A stretch of DNA of 53,916 nucleotides from a bacterium (GTDB lineage Bacteria; Desulfobacterota; S145-22): positions 1 through 53,916 of the forward strand of contig JALTIG010000221.1 of assembly GCA_027004185.1 (NCBI GenBank). The letters are read 5' to 3'. Made by a program: the position numbers and the translations under genes. Of this stretch, positions 35,882 to 45,093 are shown piece by piece. Numbering within the stretch: position 1 is the first letter of the stretch; every line of letters starts with the position of its first letter. The notes under the pieces are model-generated. The model was not told where the DNA came from. It saw only the letters and a list, made by a program, of their open reading frames with translations, and searched no databases.

Positions 35882-36574
35882 CTACTCATATTTTGTAATT
35901 ATGACATCATATCCATCACGAGCCAATTTTTTAGCTTCTTTTGCAGCTGATTCCCGAGACTTGAAAATCCCTACCCGTACACGGTAATACGTCATATCCC
36001 TTGTTTTATATACCATAATGTAGACATTTTCCGCAAGGGCTGCCAAACGCGCTGCCAGGCGTTGGGCGTACTCCTTGTTGGAAAATGATGCAACCTGGAG
36101 GGTGTAATAACCTGAATGGATTGAAGTAATTTTGCCTTTCTGGTGAGTGGGATTGAGAACTTCTACCATGACCTTTGCGGTGCCGGGACCGACCATCCCA
36201 ATGGACTTGGCGGCCGCGTAGCTAAGGTCGATAATACGATTTTTGACGAAAGGCCCGCGGTCGTTGATGGTGACTTTGACAGATCGGTTATTCTCCAGAT
36301 TCGTAACCATGACCTGGGTGCCGAGGGGAAGGGTTCTATGGGCCGCCGTCAGGTCATACATGTTATAAATTGCCCCACTGGCGGTTGGCCTCCCGTGAAA
36401 CGGTTTTCCATACCATGAAGCGATGCCAATCTGACGGCTTCCCACAACTGGCTGGATAGGAGCAGGGGGGGGAGGAACCCTTTTAACACAGCTTGTAAGG
36501 ACGATTAAAAGGATCCCTGTCAAGAAGATTGTATGGAAAGTGGTCCTGTCAGTATTTGTCCATGGCATCTTCAA
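35882..36574 (-). CDS. rlpA: septal ring lytic transglycosylase RlpA family lipoprotein (DPBB plus SPOR domains)
   Basis: Lipobox-like LTSC, GIASWYGKPFHGRPTASG...DRGPF (double-psi beta-barrel) and a C-terminal SPOR-like YTLQVASFSNKEYAQRL. Confidence 0.85.
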   Translation of the reverse strand: MKMPWTNTDRTTFHTIFLTGILLIVLTSCVKRVPPPPAPIQPVVGSRQIGIASWYGKPFHGRPTASGAIYNMYDLTAAHRTLPLGTQVMVTNLENNRSVKVTINDRGPFVKNRIIDLSYAAAKSIGMVGPGTAKVMVEVLNPTHQKGKITSIHSGYYTLQVASFSNKEYAQRLAARLAALAENVYIMVYKTRDMTYYRVRVGIFKSRESAAKEAKKLARDGYDVIITKYE

Positions 36575-37221
36575 ATCTCTGACCGCAAAAGCTTTTTTCC
36601 AATAATGATTTTTGACTTCCTACTTGCTGAAACCAGTTTGTTGGTAGACTCGAATATCATCCGGAAGCGATACATTTCGTCTTGGAGGATCTCCTTCATG
36701 CGATCAGATCCCATTGAAAGAAGTCGCAGGTAGTACAACCAGCGGATTATCCTGTTTTTTGGGATCTCGTGTTCCATCATGAAGAAGGCATGTCCATTTT
36801 TTAACACCCGACGGATCTCCCTTAAGCATGCATTGGCCGTATGTCCTTTCAATTCATAGAAGGCGTGGGAACAACTCACTGCCTCTGCGATTTCAGAGCG
36901 GATTGGAAGGTAGGCGACATCGGCTTGGATAAGGGAAACGTTGGGGAGAGACCTTGTCTTTTTCTGAGCCACTCGAAGCATACCTGGAGAGAAATCGACA
37001 CCAATTACGCGGCCCTTTTCGCCAACCTTTTTGGCGTAAAGGGGGAGGAGGGATCCAGTTCCTGTGCAAATATCAACAACGGTATCCCCTGGCTTTGGGC
37101 TTATCGTCTCAATAAGAAAATTGCGTGCCTTTTGTTGAAGGTCTTTTGAATGCATGGCAATGAACGTATCATAGACATGAGAAAAGAGATCGTAATACCG
37201 AATCCTGTATCTTCGTATCAT
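36571..37221 (-). CDS. class I SAM-dependent methyltransferase (UbiE/Methyltransf_11-like)
   Basis: VVDICTGTGSL motif I. 216 aa. ATGA overlap with rlpA. Confidence 0.7.
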   Translation of the reverse strand: MIRRYRIRYYDLFSHVYDTFIAMHSKDLQQKARNFLIETISPKPGDTVVDICTGTGSLLPLYAKKVGEKGRVIGVDFSPGMLRVAQKKTRSLPNVSLIQADVAYLPIRSEIAEAVSCSHAFYELKGHTANACLREIRRVLKNGHAFFMMEHEIPKNRIIRWLYYLRLLSMGSDRMKEILQDEMYRFRMIFESTNKLVSASRKSKIIIGKKLLRSEI

Positions 37222-37383
37222 GTTAGAAAAATACCATTGAGGCCCACCTAGGTCAACGTCATATCGATCCCTTGAGGTTTAAAAACATGATTACCTTTTA
37301 AAAACTTCATAAGATGCTTGCACTCATGAAAAACAAGAGGGATGAAAACTGGTATCTTATAGCAACTGGAAAGGGAGGCGGAG

Positions 37384-38753
37384 ATGTTATCACTCACGAG
37401 ATCAAAAAGGTATTTTTGGGGGATTGCAGCCTTTTCAGTTTTATTAATTGTTATTCCAAAGAGATCTATCGGGGGTGTTCTTTTCTTTGATGGTCAGGTA
37501 AGGGAGAGATTCGAGGCATTAAGTGGGTTGAACAAAAAGGCCTATGGTAATCGATCGATGAATGCAAAAGGGAAGATTGTAGGGAAGGCTAATGATAAGT
37601 TACTGTTACAGCGCGTTATTGCCGGTTTTACCTACCAGCAATCTAAGAGCTTTGTTTATCACCTACATCTTTACGATGCGCGGGTTTGGGGATGGTCTCT
37701 CGATGAAGATGATTTTGTGAAAAATAAGGGGACACGGGATGAATATGTGATGGATCCAGATGAAGAGTATCTGGAGCTTTATGATGCCAATGTCAAGTTT
37801 AGTCCTCCTTTTTTAAAGGGGATTTCAATTCAGTTGGGTAGGCAGAAGATATGGTATGGAGACAAACGTATTTTTGGTCCGGGAGGATGGGGGAACTCTA
37901 TTGGTTGGTTGTGGGACGCGGCTCGTGTTTCCTTTAAAACAAACAGCGATTTTGTGGACGCCTGGTACGGACAGACCAAGACAAAGGATCTGATTCTTTC
38001 AGCCTTTTTCATAAACATGCATACCAAGGGGTAGGGATGTACTCCCACTTCAAAATCGTAAAGGGGAGTTCTTTTGAACCATTTTTTGCTTGGAAAAATA
38101 ATCTTTTTCACAAGGTTGTACAGGAAGAAAGGACATATTACTATGGTGCAAGGTGTTATGAAAAGGATCGGAATGGTTTTAACTGGGATTTCACCTATGC
38201 GAGGGAGTGCAGTGATATTGGGGACAAAACGGTTCGGGCCTATGGATATGTAGCCAAGGTTGGATATTGGTTTAAAGAAATCCCTATGGAGCCCAAACTT
38301 GTTTTTGGGAGAGTTTATGCAAGTGGTGACGGTAACCCGGCAGACAATGTCATTCGAACCTACACACGCCCATTTGGCTCGACCGATGGATCACATTATG
38401 GGAGAATGGATATTATGTTTTGGGGGAACATGGTGGACAACCAGATCAATCTTTATCTTCAGCCGGTCAGAAAATGCTATGTGAAGCTGGCCTTTCATGA
38501 CTTTTCTCTGGATAAGTCTGCGGATAGATGGAGTTACTATAAGTACAGAAACGCACCTGGAAACAGCTATACCCACCTTGGGGATGAATTCGATTTTCAA
38601 CTTAAATACACCTATTCAAAATCCTTGTCATTTCAGGTTATCTATGCATTTTTTCACGCGGGAGATTTTGTAAAACACAACGTTGAAGATAATGATGCTC
38701 ACCGCCTTTTTTTACAGTGCACATATAGATTCCGTTCTTTGTTAAGAAGTTAA
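37384..38753 (+). pseudogene. alginate-export-family outer-membrane beta-barrel, split by a frameshift (ORFs 37384-38034 and 38037-38753)
   Basis: Signal-like N-terminus and LGRQKIWYGDKRIFG...WGN motif in ORF1. ORF2 is in the -1 frame, which is open from 37938. 216+238 aa matches a single ~455-aa porin. A T5 run at 38005-38009 lies in the overlap zone. Confidence 0.65.
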
Positions 38754-38793
38754 ACCTTCAACTTGTATCGGGATGCCTGTCCACTGACCCAAT

Positions 38794-38831
38794 GAGATCT
38801 TGTGCTTATATACAGCAGGGGAGATCTTTTA
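38794..38831 (+). terminator. weak candidate terminator after the porin gene
   Basis: AGATCT (38795-38800) pairs with AGATCT (38822-38827), and inner TGC pairs with GCA, followed by only TTT. Interrupted stem and a short U-tract. Confidence 0.25.
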
Positions 38832-38995
38832 ACCCTTTCGTTTTTATGAGACTTTGGTTTATCTATTTGTTTCTGAAGCCAAGAAACTTGATGAGGGTAT
38901 CTTTGGCCTGAGAGTTGGTGTCATTGGTAATTTGCTTGAAATTGTGTGGCCAAATGTGTATTTTAAATATTATAGATTAAGAAGGGGAGCGTAGT

Positions 38996-40459
38996 ATGAA
39001 TAAAGTCCCGTTTAAATATGCCTATACCTTTGAGGATGTCTTGTTGCTTCCCAAAGAATCACATATCTTGCCATCAGAAACTGACACAAAGACTCAGTTC
39101 TCTCGCCGTATTTTTCTGAATATACCATTATGCAGTGCCGCGATGGATACTGTGACGGAAGCACGAACGGCTATCGCCATAGCAAGGGAGGGTGGAATTG
39201 GTGTGATTCACAAAAATATGAGCATTGAACAACAGGCCCTTCAGGTTGACCAGGTAAAGAAATCGGAAAGTGGGATGATCGTGGATCCCATCACGATGCA
39301 TCCGGATCAGACCATTGCTGAGGCCCTTGATGTCATGCGCCGTTATCGAATCTCGGGGGTTCCGGTTATTAAAGAGGGAAAATTGGTAGGCATTTTGACA
39401 AACCGGGATTTGAGATTTGAAACCCGGATGGAAGCGAAGATCTCCACCGTGATGACCAAAGATAATCTCATCACCGTGCCTGTGGGCACAACCCTGGAGG
39501 ATGCAAAACGTATCCTTCATAAGAATCGGATTGAAAAGCTTCTTGTTGTAGATGATCACAGGAATCTGAAAGGACTGATTACTATAAAAGACATTGAAAA
39601 GATGAGGAAATATCCTAATTCATGCAAAGATGATCTCGGAAGACTTCGAGTGGCTGCAGCCATTGGGGTAGGACCTGAATGGGAGGAAAGGGCTTTTGCG
39701 CTCGTTGAGAGAGGGGTGGATGCCCTTGTTGTCGACACCGCTCATGGGCATACCTCAAAGGTCATGGGGGTTTTAAGTACTCTGAAGTCAACCCATTTGA
39801 ATTGCGATATCGTGGCTGGGAATGTGGCCACTAAAGAGGGGGCTAAGGCCTTGATTGATGCCGGTGCAGATGCTGTAAAGGTAGGGATTGGACCTGGATC
39901 TATCTGTACGACCCGTGTCATCGCGGGGATTGGGGTTCCGCAAATCACTGCAATTATGGAAACCTATGAGGTTTGTTCTCAGGAAGGGATCCCCTTGATC
40001 GCGGATGGAGGGATAAAATTCTCAGGAGATATAACAAAGGCGCTGGCTGCCGGGGCAGATAGTGTGATGATTGGGAATCTTTTTGCTGGGACGGATGAGT
40101 CTCCCGGTGAGATTGTTTTATATCAGGGTAGAAGCTACAAAGTCTACAGGGGGATGGGATCGCTTGAAGCCATGAAACAAGGTAGTAAAGACAGATATTT
40201 TCAGGATGAAGTTGATATTGAAAGCAAACTGGTCCCTGAAGGGATTGTCGGAAGAGTGCCATACAAGGGGATGCTCTCTATGGTGGTGCAGCAATTGGTA
40301 GGTGGTTTAAAGGCGGGAATGGGGTATGTTGGGGCCAAGACCATAAAAGAGCTGAAAGAAAAAGCCGAGTTTGTACAGATTACCCAAGCAGGTTTGAAAG
40401 AAAGTCATGTTCATGATGTAATCATTACAAAAGAGGCTCCGAATTATCGTTTGGAATAA
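38996..40459 (+). CDS. guaB: IMP dehydrogenase
   Basis: 487 aa with a CBS-pair insertion and the catalytic loop [11 protein letters not shown], plus GGIKFSGD. Confidence 0.95.
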   Translation: MNKVPFKYAYTFEDVLLLPKESHILPSETDTKTQFSRRIFLNIPLCSAAMDTVTEARTAIAIAREGGIGVIHKNMSIEQQALQVDQVKKSESGMIVDPITMHPDQTIAEALDVMRRYRISGVPVIKEGKLVGILTNRDLRFETRMEAKISTVMTKDNLITVPVGTTLEDAKRILHKNRIEKLLVVDDHRNLKGLITIKDIEKMRKYPNSCKDDLGRLRVAAAIGVGPEWEERAFALVERGVDALVVDTAHGHTSKVMGVLSTLKSTHLNCDIVAGNVATKEGAKALIDAGADAVKVGIGPGSICTTRVIAGIGVPQITAIMETYEVCSQEGIPLIADGGIKFSGDITKALAAGADSVMIGNLFAGTDESPGEIVLYQGRSYKVYRGMGSLEAMKQGSKDRYFQDEVDIESKLVPEGIVGRVPYKGMLSMVVQQLVGGLKAGMGYVGAKTIKELKEKAEFVQITQAGLKESHVHDVIITKEAPNYRLE

Positions 40460-40460
40460 T

Positions 40461-42386
40461 GTGAAGAGATCTCCTTTAAGGTTTTATATATGCATGGTAT
40501 TTTTCCATGCCTTCATTTTGTCGAATATAGGGGTAACTAATGAATCAAAGGCCGATGCCACTACATTGGAAGGAGTGGTTTCAAGATATTTTAAAGCTTG
40601 CCAATCAGGGAATTATAAAGAGGCCTTACATTCATTGAAAAGAGTAGAGGATTGGAAAGTAAATCATGGGTTGAGAAATGTACCTTCTGTTGCAACAGCT
40701 TTGTGGATGGCGAACAATGCACATTTGTTTAAAAACATCCCCGGGCATCAGCGCTTAATCCTTTATGAACGCATTGCGGAGCTTTCCCCTGATGATCCAT
40801 CTATCCAATGGCGATTGATCAAGGCACAACTCATAACGAACCCGTTTGATTTTAAGCGATTCTATAAAAGGATTCTTCTGCTGAGAGCGGCCGTACTAAC
40901 CAATTTTAGCTGGGCATCGATTTGGGGGGGGCAGATCCTTTTTACATTGATGATTTCGTTATTCATGACGACCTACCTCTTCGCTTTGGTAATGATGATT
41001 AAATACTTTCATATCCTAGTTGTTAATCTCCAACGTTTGGCTCGTCTCTCCTTTAATAAATCACTTGTCGCGATTTTGATAGTCATGATGTTTTTCATTC
41101 CTGTTTATTTTAACGTTGGTGTAGCTTGGCTTCCTTTGTTTTGGCTGACCTTCATGTGGCTCGTTTTCTCGAAACAGGAAAAGGTAATGGTATTAATATT
41201 TTTAGCAGCATTCTCTGTATTATGTTTGGAGTTTAGAAATGTAGGAAATGTTTTTACAACGGCTTCAAACAAGGATTCTTACCTACTTTATCTTGCAAAT
41301 TATAGTCAACTGGAACCTGATGTTTCATTGGAACGTTTAAAGAATGCATCATCTCTCACCAACAAAGATGCCGATATTCCCTTTACCCTTGGCTTGGTAG
41401 CGAAGAGAAGGGGAGATTATAAGGAGGCTGAAACCAGCTATTTGTCCGCTATAAGGGCTGATTCAGGTTTTGCTGAATGCATGAATAACCTTGCCAACCT
41501 CTATCTGTTAGGAAAGGGTCTGTTTTCTAACAATGTGGGACAGGCCCAAACCTGGTATAAAAAGGCGATAAAGATCAATCCAGATCGACCTGAATTCTAT
41601 TATAATCTGAGCATTAGTTTTCCCCCTTATGACCGAAGCAGGATGGAATATTTAAGGAAGGCGAAAATCCTTAACCCTGAACTTGTGAATGATTGGCTGG
41701 AGAGGAGTTCAAAATCCCCAACCCCGGTGGTGGATTGTCTCTTGCCAGTAAATAGAATATGGCATCGGGCTTTTATCTTGAGCAATGATTCAAGTAACTT
41801 GACGCTTCTTTTGTGGCGCTTTTTTCTGAACTCCCCCTTGGATATGATTTTAATTGTTCCTTTAATTTTACTAATATTGATTTTTGGTTTTTATAAGTTT
41901 CAAAGAAAATTCATATTGTTACAACCGTGTCACCAATGCGGACAATTTTATCCGACGTTTCAGAGGTTTGGGGGGCTTTCTCAACTCACGATGGCTTTAG
42001 GTGGTTCTAACCCAGGTCTTTGTCCTCAATGTGTTATGTTAAGAGAGGAGCCGGGGCAACTTGATGCAGCGATGGTAAAACATAAGAAAGCAGAGATTGT
42101 CAGATATCAGCGACAGAGGAAGATAAAGGATCTGATTGCAGGCATCTTTCCGGCGGGTGGGATGTTGATTCTGAATGGGAGTGTTGCAAAAGGAGTCCTG
42201 CTCTCTTTTCTCTTTTATAGTTTTTTATGCTATTTTTTGATCAGCCATAAGGCCTTTTCGGACATTGCATTGTGGTTTTACGGATTTTCTGACCGTTCTT
42301 TTATTCCCCTGATTCTTGCCACGGCGCTTTATCTTTCTTGTCTGATTCCATCGGTATCGGCGTTTACGAAAAGGGGTGTACTATGA
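40461..42386 (+). CDS. polytopic membrane protein with TPR repeats and an internal CxxC...CxxC zinc-ribbon
   Basis: GTG start 2 nt after the guaB stop. Signal/TM at the N-terminus, TM cluster at aa ~150-260, TPR-like region at aa ~305-410 (GDYKEAETSYLSAIRADSGFAECMNNLANLYL, AQTWYKKAIKINPDRPEFYYNL), TM at ~462-480, CHQC (aa 490) and CPQC (aa 521), then 2-3 C-terminal TMs. Confidence 0.7.
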   Translation: MKRSPLRFYICMVFFHAFILSNIGVTNESKADATTLEGVVSRYFKACQSGNYKEALHSLKRVEDWKVNHGLRNVPSVATALWMANNAHLFKNIPGHQRLILYERIAELSPDDPSIQWRLIKAQLITNPFDFKRFYKRILLLRAAVLTNFSWASIWGGQILFTLMISLFMTTYLFALVMMIKYFHILVVNLQRLARLSFNKSLVAILIVMMFFIPVYFNVGVAWLPLFWLTFMWLVFSKQEKVMVLIFLAAFSVLCLEFRNVGNVFTTASNKDSYLLYLANYSQLEPDVSLERLKNASSLTNKDADIPFTLGLVAKRRGDYKEAETSYLSAIRADSGFAECMNNLANLYLLGKGLFSNNVGQAQTWYKKAIKINPDRPEFYYNLSISFPPYDRSRMEYLRKAKILNPELVNDWLERSSKSPTPVVDCLLPVNRIWHRAFILSNDSSNLTLLLWRFFLNSPLDMILIVPLILLILIFGFYKFQRKFILLQPCHQCGQFYPTFQRFGGLSQLTMALGGSNPGLCPQCVMLREEPGQLDAAMVKHKKAEIVRYQRQRKIKDLIAGIFPAGGMLILNGSVAKGVLLSFLFYSFLCYFLISHKAFSDIALWFYGFSDRSFIPLILATALYLSCLIPSVSAFTKRGVL

Positions 42387-43489
42387 GCCTAAAAGGGGAT
42401 ATCAAAGATTTTAATATCTCTGAAATCATACAGTTTCTGGGGCTTCAGACAAAAACAGGGGTTTTAACTGTTAAAAGTAAGGATAAAACAGTCCGCCTTT
42501 ATTTTGTTGATGGTAGGATTGTACGTGCCGATCCGGATCGGAGTGAACATAAGATGCTAATGGGAGAGATGCTGATAGCATATGGAAAACTAACCCGTGA
42601 GCAATTACAGTTTGCCCTTGAAGTTCAGAAGAAGACAAGGCGTTTCCTCGGTGAAATTCTTCTCGGTTTAAAACTTGTATCTAAAAAGGATGTTCAGCAG
42701 GTTGTCCAAAGACAAATCTACGAAACAGTATATAATTTATTCCGATGGAAGCAAGGTACCTTCGAATTTGAAGTTACAGATATACCTAAGAATCTTAAGA
42801 TATTACCAGCGTTAGGCCTTGATCAGCTCCTTTTGAATGTTAGTTGGATGACAGATGAATGGCATGAGATTGAAAAATTTGTTCCATCCATGGGAATGAT
42901 ATTTGAAAAGGTACATGGGGAAAAAGAGGGGAATACAGGCAAGGGACAGGTTAGCCGCATTAGAGACGGTTTAACGCCTGGTCAGAAAATCGTTTACGAT
43001 CTGGTGAATGGAAAACGTACCGTCAAAGAAATCATTGATTTGAGCATGCTGGGACATTTTGAAACATGCAGGATCCTTTCAGTATTTCTTAATAAAGGGT
43101 ATATTCGGGCTGTGAGGGAAGATAGAAGCTTGGGAAATCGGCCTAAAGGAAAAAGGATTGGCAATTCCAAGGTTTTCTCCAGGGTTCTTTCGTTATTCCT
43201 TATCCTCATTTTAGTCTATTGCGGTGTAAAATATGTTACACAACTAATTACATTCAACACAAGATATGCACCGTATATCGTACACATCAAAAAGGTACAA
43301 GTTAGGAATGTGGTAATCCCTACGCTTTATCAACAGTATCTTACCTATAGATTGATCGATCCTGGTGTTCCCTTTTCAGTAAAAGGGCTAAGAGACGATG
43401 GCATTATCTTACAAAAAGAGTTAAAAGTCCTCTCCTCGTTACCGGTTAAGGCTTACGTGAGATTGTGGGAGAGAAGCTATCCCTTTTAG
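42383..43489 (+). CDS. PATAN/DUF4388 domain protein with a T2SSE_N-like helical insert and one C-terminal TM segment
   Basis: LKGDIKDFNISEIIQFLGLQTKTGVLTV...LYFVDGRIVRA is the DUF4388 signature. ATG 42383 overlaps the upstream stop (ATGA). TM segment VFSRVLSLFLILILVYCGV. Confidence 0.75.
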   Translation: MSLKGDIKDFNISEIIQFLGLQTKTGVLTVKSKDKTVRLYFVDGRIVRADPDRSEHKMLMGEMLIAYGKLTREQLQFALEVQKKTRRFLGEILLGLKLVSKKDVQQVVQRQIYETVYNLFRWKQGTFEFEVTDIPKNLKILPALGLDQLLLNVSWMTDEWHEIEKFVPSMGMIFEKVHGEKEGNTGKGQVSRIRDGLTPGQKIVYDLVNGKRTVKEIIDLSMLGHFETCRILSVFLNKGYIRAVREDRSLGNRPKGKRIGNSKVFSRVLSLFLILILVYCGVKYVTQLITFNTRYAPYIVHIKKVQVRNVVIPTLYQQYLTYRLIDPGVPFSVKGLRDDGIILQKELKVLSSLPVKAYVRLWERSYPF

Positions 43490-43531
43490 CTTCTTTTATG
43501 ATGTGATAAACTAGATATTCAAGGGGGAAAT

Positions 43532-45088
43532 ATGCCATACGTGACGGATAGTATTCTTGTTTTGGATTTTGGCTCCCAGTACACACAGTTGATCGCCAGG
43601 CGTATTCGTGAGGAAAAGGTATATTCAGAAATCCAGCCTTTTGATTACCCGATTGAATCGATCGAGTCTTTAAAGCCTAAAGGGATTGTTCTCTCTGGAG
43701 GACCTTCCAGTGTTTATGAAGAGGGGGCACCCCTTCCATCGGAGGGACTTTTTGAGCTTGGTATTCCAGTTCTGGGGATCTGCTATGGTTTGCAGGCCAT
43801 CGCATGGCAATGGGGAGGGGAGGTTGCGCACTCCAATCGAAGGGAATATGGCCCAGCTATTATCGAAGTCCTTAAAAAGGATGCCTTGTTTGAGGGTTTC
43901 GAGGCGATCCCAGAAAATGAGCGTAAAGTCTGGATGAGTCATGGCGATCGGATTGAAAACCTGCCTGACACCTTTGAGATCCTTGCCAAGACGGAAAACT
44001 CTCCAGTGTGTGCAATTAGGCATGTTGACAGGCCTATTTGGGGATTGCAATTTCACCCAGAGGTGCATCATACTGTTCATGGGAAAAGGATCCTGAAGAA
44101 TTTTATCTTTTCGATTTGCGGTTGTCAGCCATCATGGACGATGCAGTCCTTTGTCGAGGAATCGGCCGAAAAGATCAGGGAGTCTGTTGGGAAGGAGAAG
44201 GTTATCGGGGCTGTCAGTGGAGGAGTGGACTCCACCGTTATGGCGGCATTAGTGGGAAAGGCAGTAGGGAAGCGATTTTTTCCTATTTTTGTGAATAATG
44301 GGATGTTGAGAAAGAATGAGGCCGAAGAAGTGATCCATCTTTATCGGGACGTCCTTCATTTAAATCTCATCTACCACGACGCCACGGAGAGGTTCCTGGG
44401 TGCCTTAAAAGGTGTTATAGATCCGGAAGAAAAAAGAAAAGTTATCGGAAAAACCTTTATCGATGTCTTTGTTCAAGAGGCCGGAAAAATACAAGATGTC
44501 GCATTTCTGGCCCAGGGGACACTCTATCCGGATGTCATAGAAAGCGTGTCGTTTAAAGGTCCGTCCGTGACTATAAAAAGCCATCATAATGTTGGGGGAT
44601 TGCCTGACAAGATGCCTCTGAAGCTTATCGAACCCCTTCGTGAACTTTTTAAGGATGAGGTACGAGAAGTTGGTAAGGTCCTGGGACTGACCGATGATAT
44701 TGTCGGGCGCCACCCTTTTCCTGGACCGGGTCTGGGGATTCGGATGCTTGATGACGTCACACCTGAGAAATTGGAGATTCTGAGAGATGCGGATGCTATT
44801 GTTATGGAAGAGGTTCGCAGATCGGGCCTGTACCGTAAGGTCTGGCAAGTTTTTCCTGTTTTGCTTCCTGTTCGCACAGTGGGAGTAATGGGTGATGAGC
44901 GGACCTATGAACAAGTCATTGTTATTCGGGCGGTTCACAGTGTGGATGGAATGACGGCCGACTGGGTGCGCTTCCCTTACGATGTCCTGGCCCGCCTATC
45001 AAACCGGATCATTAATGAGGTGAGGGGGGTTAATCGCGTTGTATATGATATTAGCTCGAAGCCACCAAGCACCATTGAGTGGGAGTAA
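43532..45088 (+). CDS. guaA: GMP synthase (glutamine-hydrolysing)
   Basis: GATase GICYGLQ, PP-loop SGGVDS and a conserved C-terminus PPSTIEWE. Confidence 0.95.
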   Translation: MPYVTDSILVLDFGSQYTQLIARRIREEKVYSEIQPFDYPIESIESLKPKGIVLSGGPSSVYEEGAPLPSEGLFELGIPVLGICYGLQAIAWQWGGEVAHSNRREYGPAIIEVLKKDALFEGFEAIPENERKVWMSHGDRIENLPDTFEILAKTENSPVCAIRHVDRPIWGLQFHPEVHHTVHGKRILKNFIFSICGCQPSWTMQSFVEESAEKIRESVGKEKVIGAVSGGVDSTVMAALVGKAVGKRFFPIFVNNGMLRKNEAEEVIHLYRDVLHLNLIYHDATERFLGALKGVIDPEEKRKVIGKTFIDVFVQEAGKIQDVAFLAQGTLYPDVIESVSFKGPSVTIKSHHNVGGLPDKMPLKLIEPLRELFKDEVREVGKVLGLTDDIVGRHPFPGPGLGIRMLDDVTPEKLEILRDADAIVMEEVRRSGLYRKVWQVFPVLLPVRTVGVMGDERTYEQVIVIRAVHSVDGMTADWVRFPYDVLARLSNRIINEVRGVNRVVYDISSKPPSTIEWE

Positions 45089-45093
45089 AAGAG

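Noticed and set aside
38002-38010. Programmed -1 ribosomal frameshift at C-UUU-UUC in the porin gene
   Set aside because: The site is not a true X-XXY-YYZ heptamer because the P-site tRNA would re-pair with CUU. I saw no obvious downstream stimulatory structure. A 1-nt deletion in a homopolymer is the simpler explanation.
38754-38995. Purine or guanine riboswitch upstream of guaB
   Set aside because: I could not find the conserved three-way-junction core sequences or pairing pattern. Only a weak hairpin and a possible TTGAAA-n17-TATTTT promoter are present.
44405-44938. 177-aa minus-strand ORF antisense to guaA
   Set aside because: guaA is unambiguous on the plus strand, and the antisense product has no motifs.
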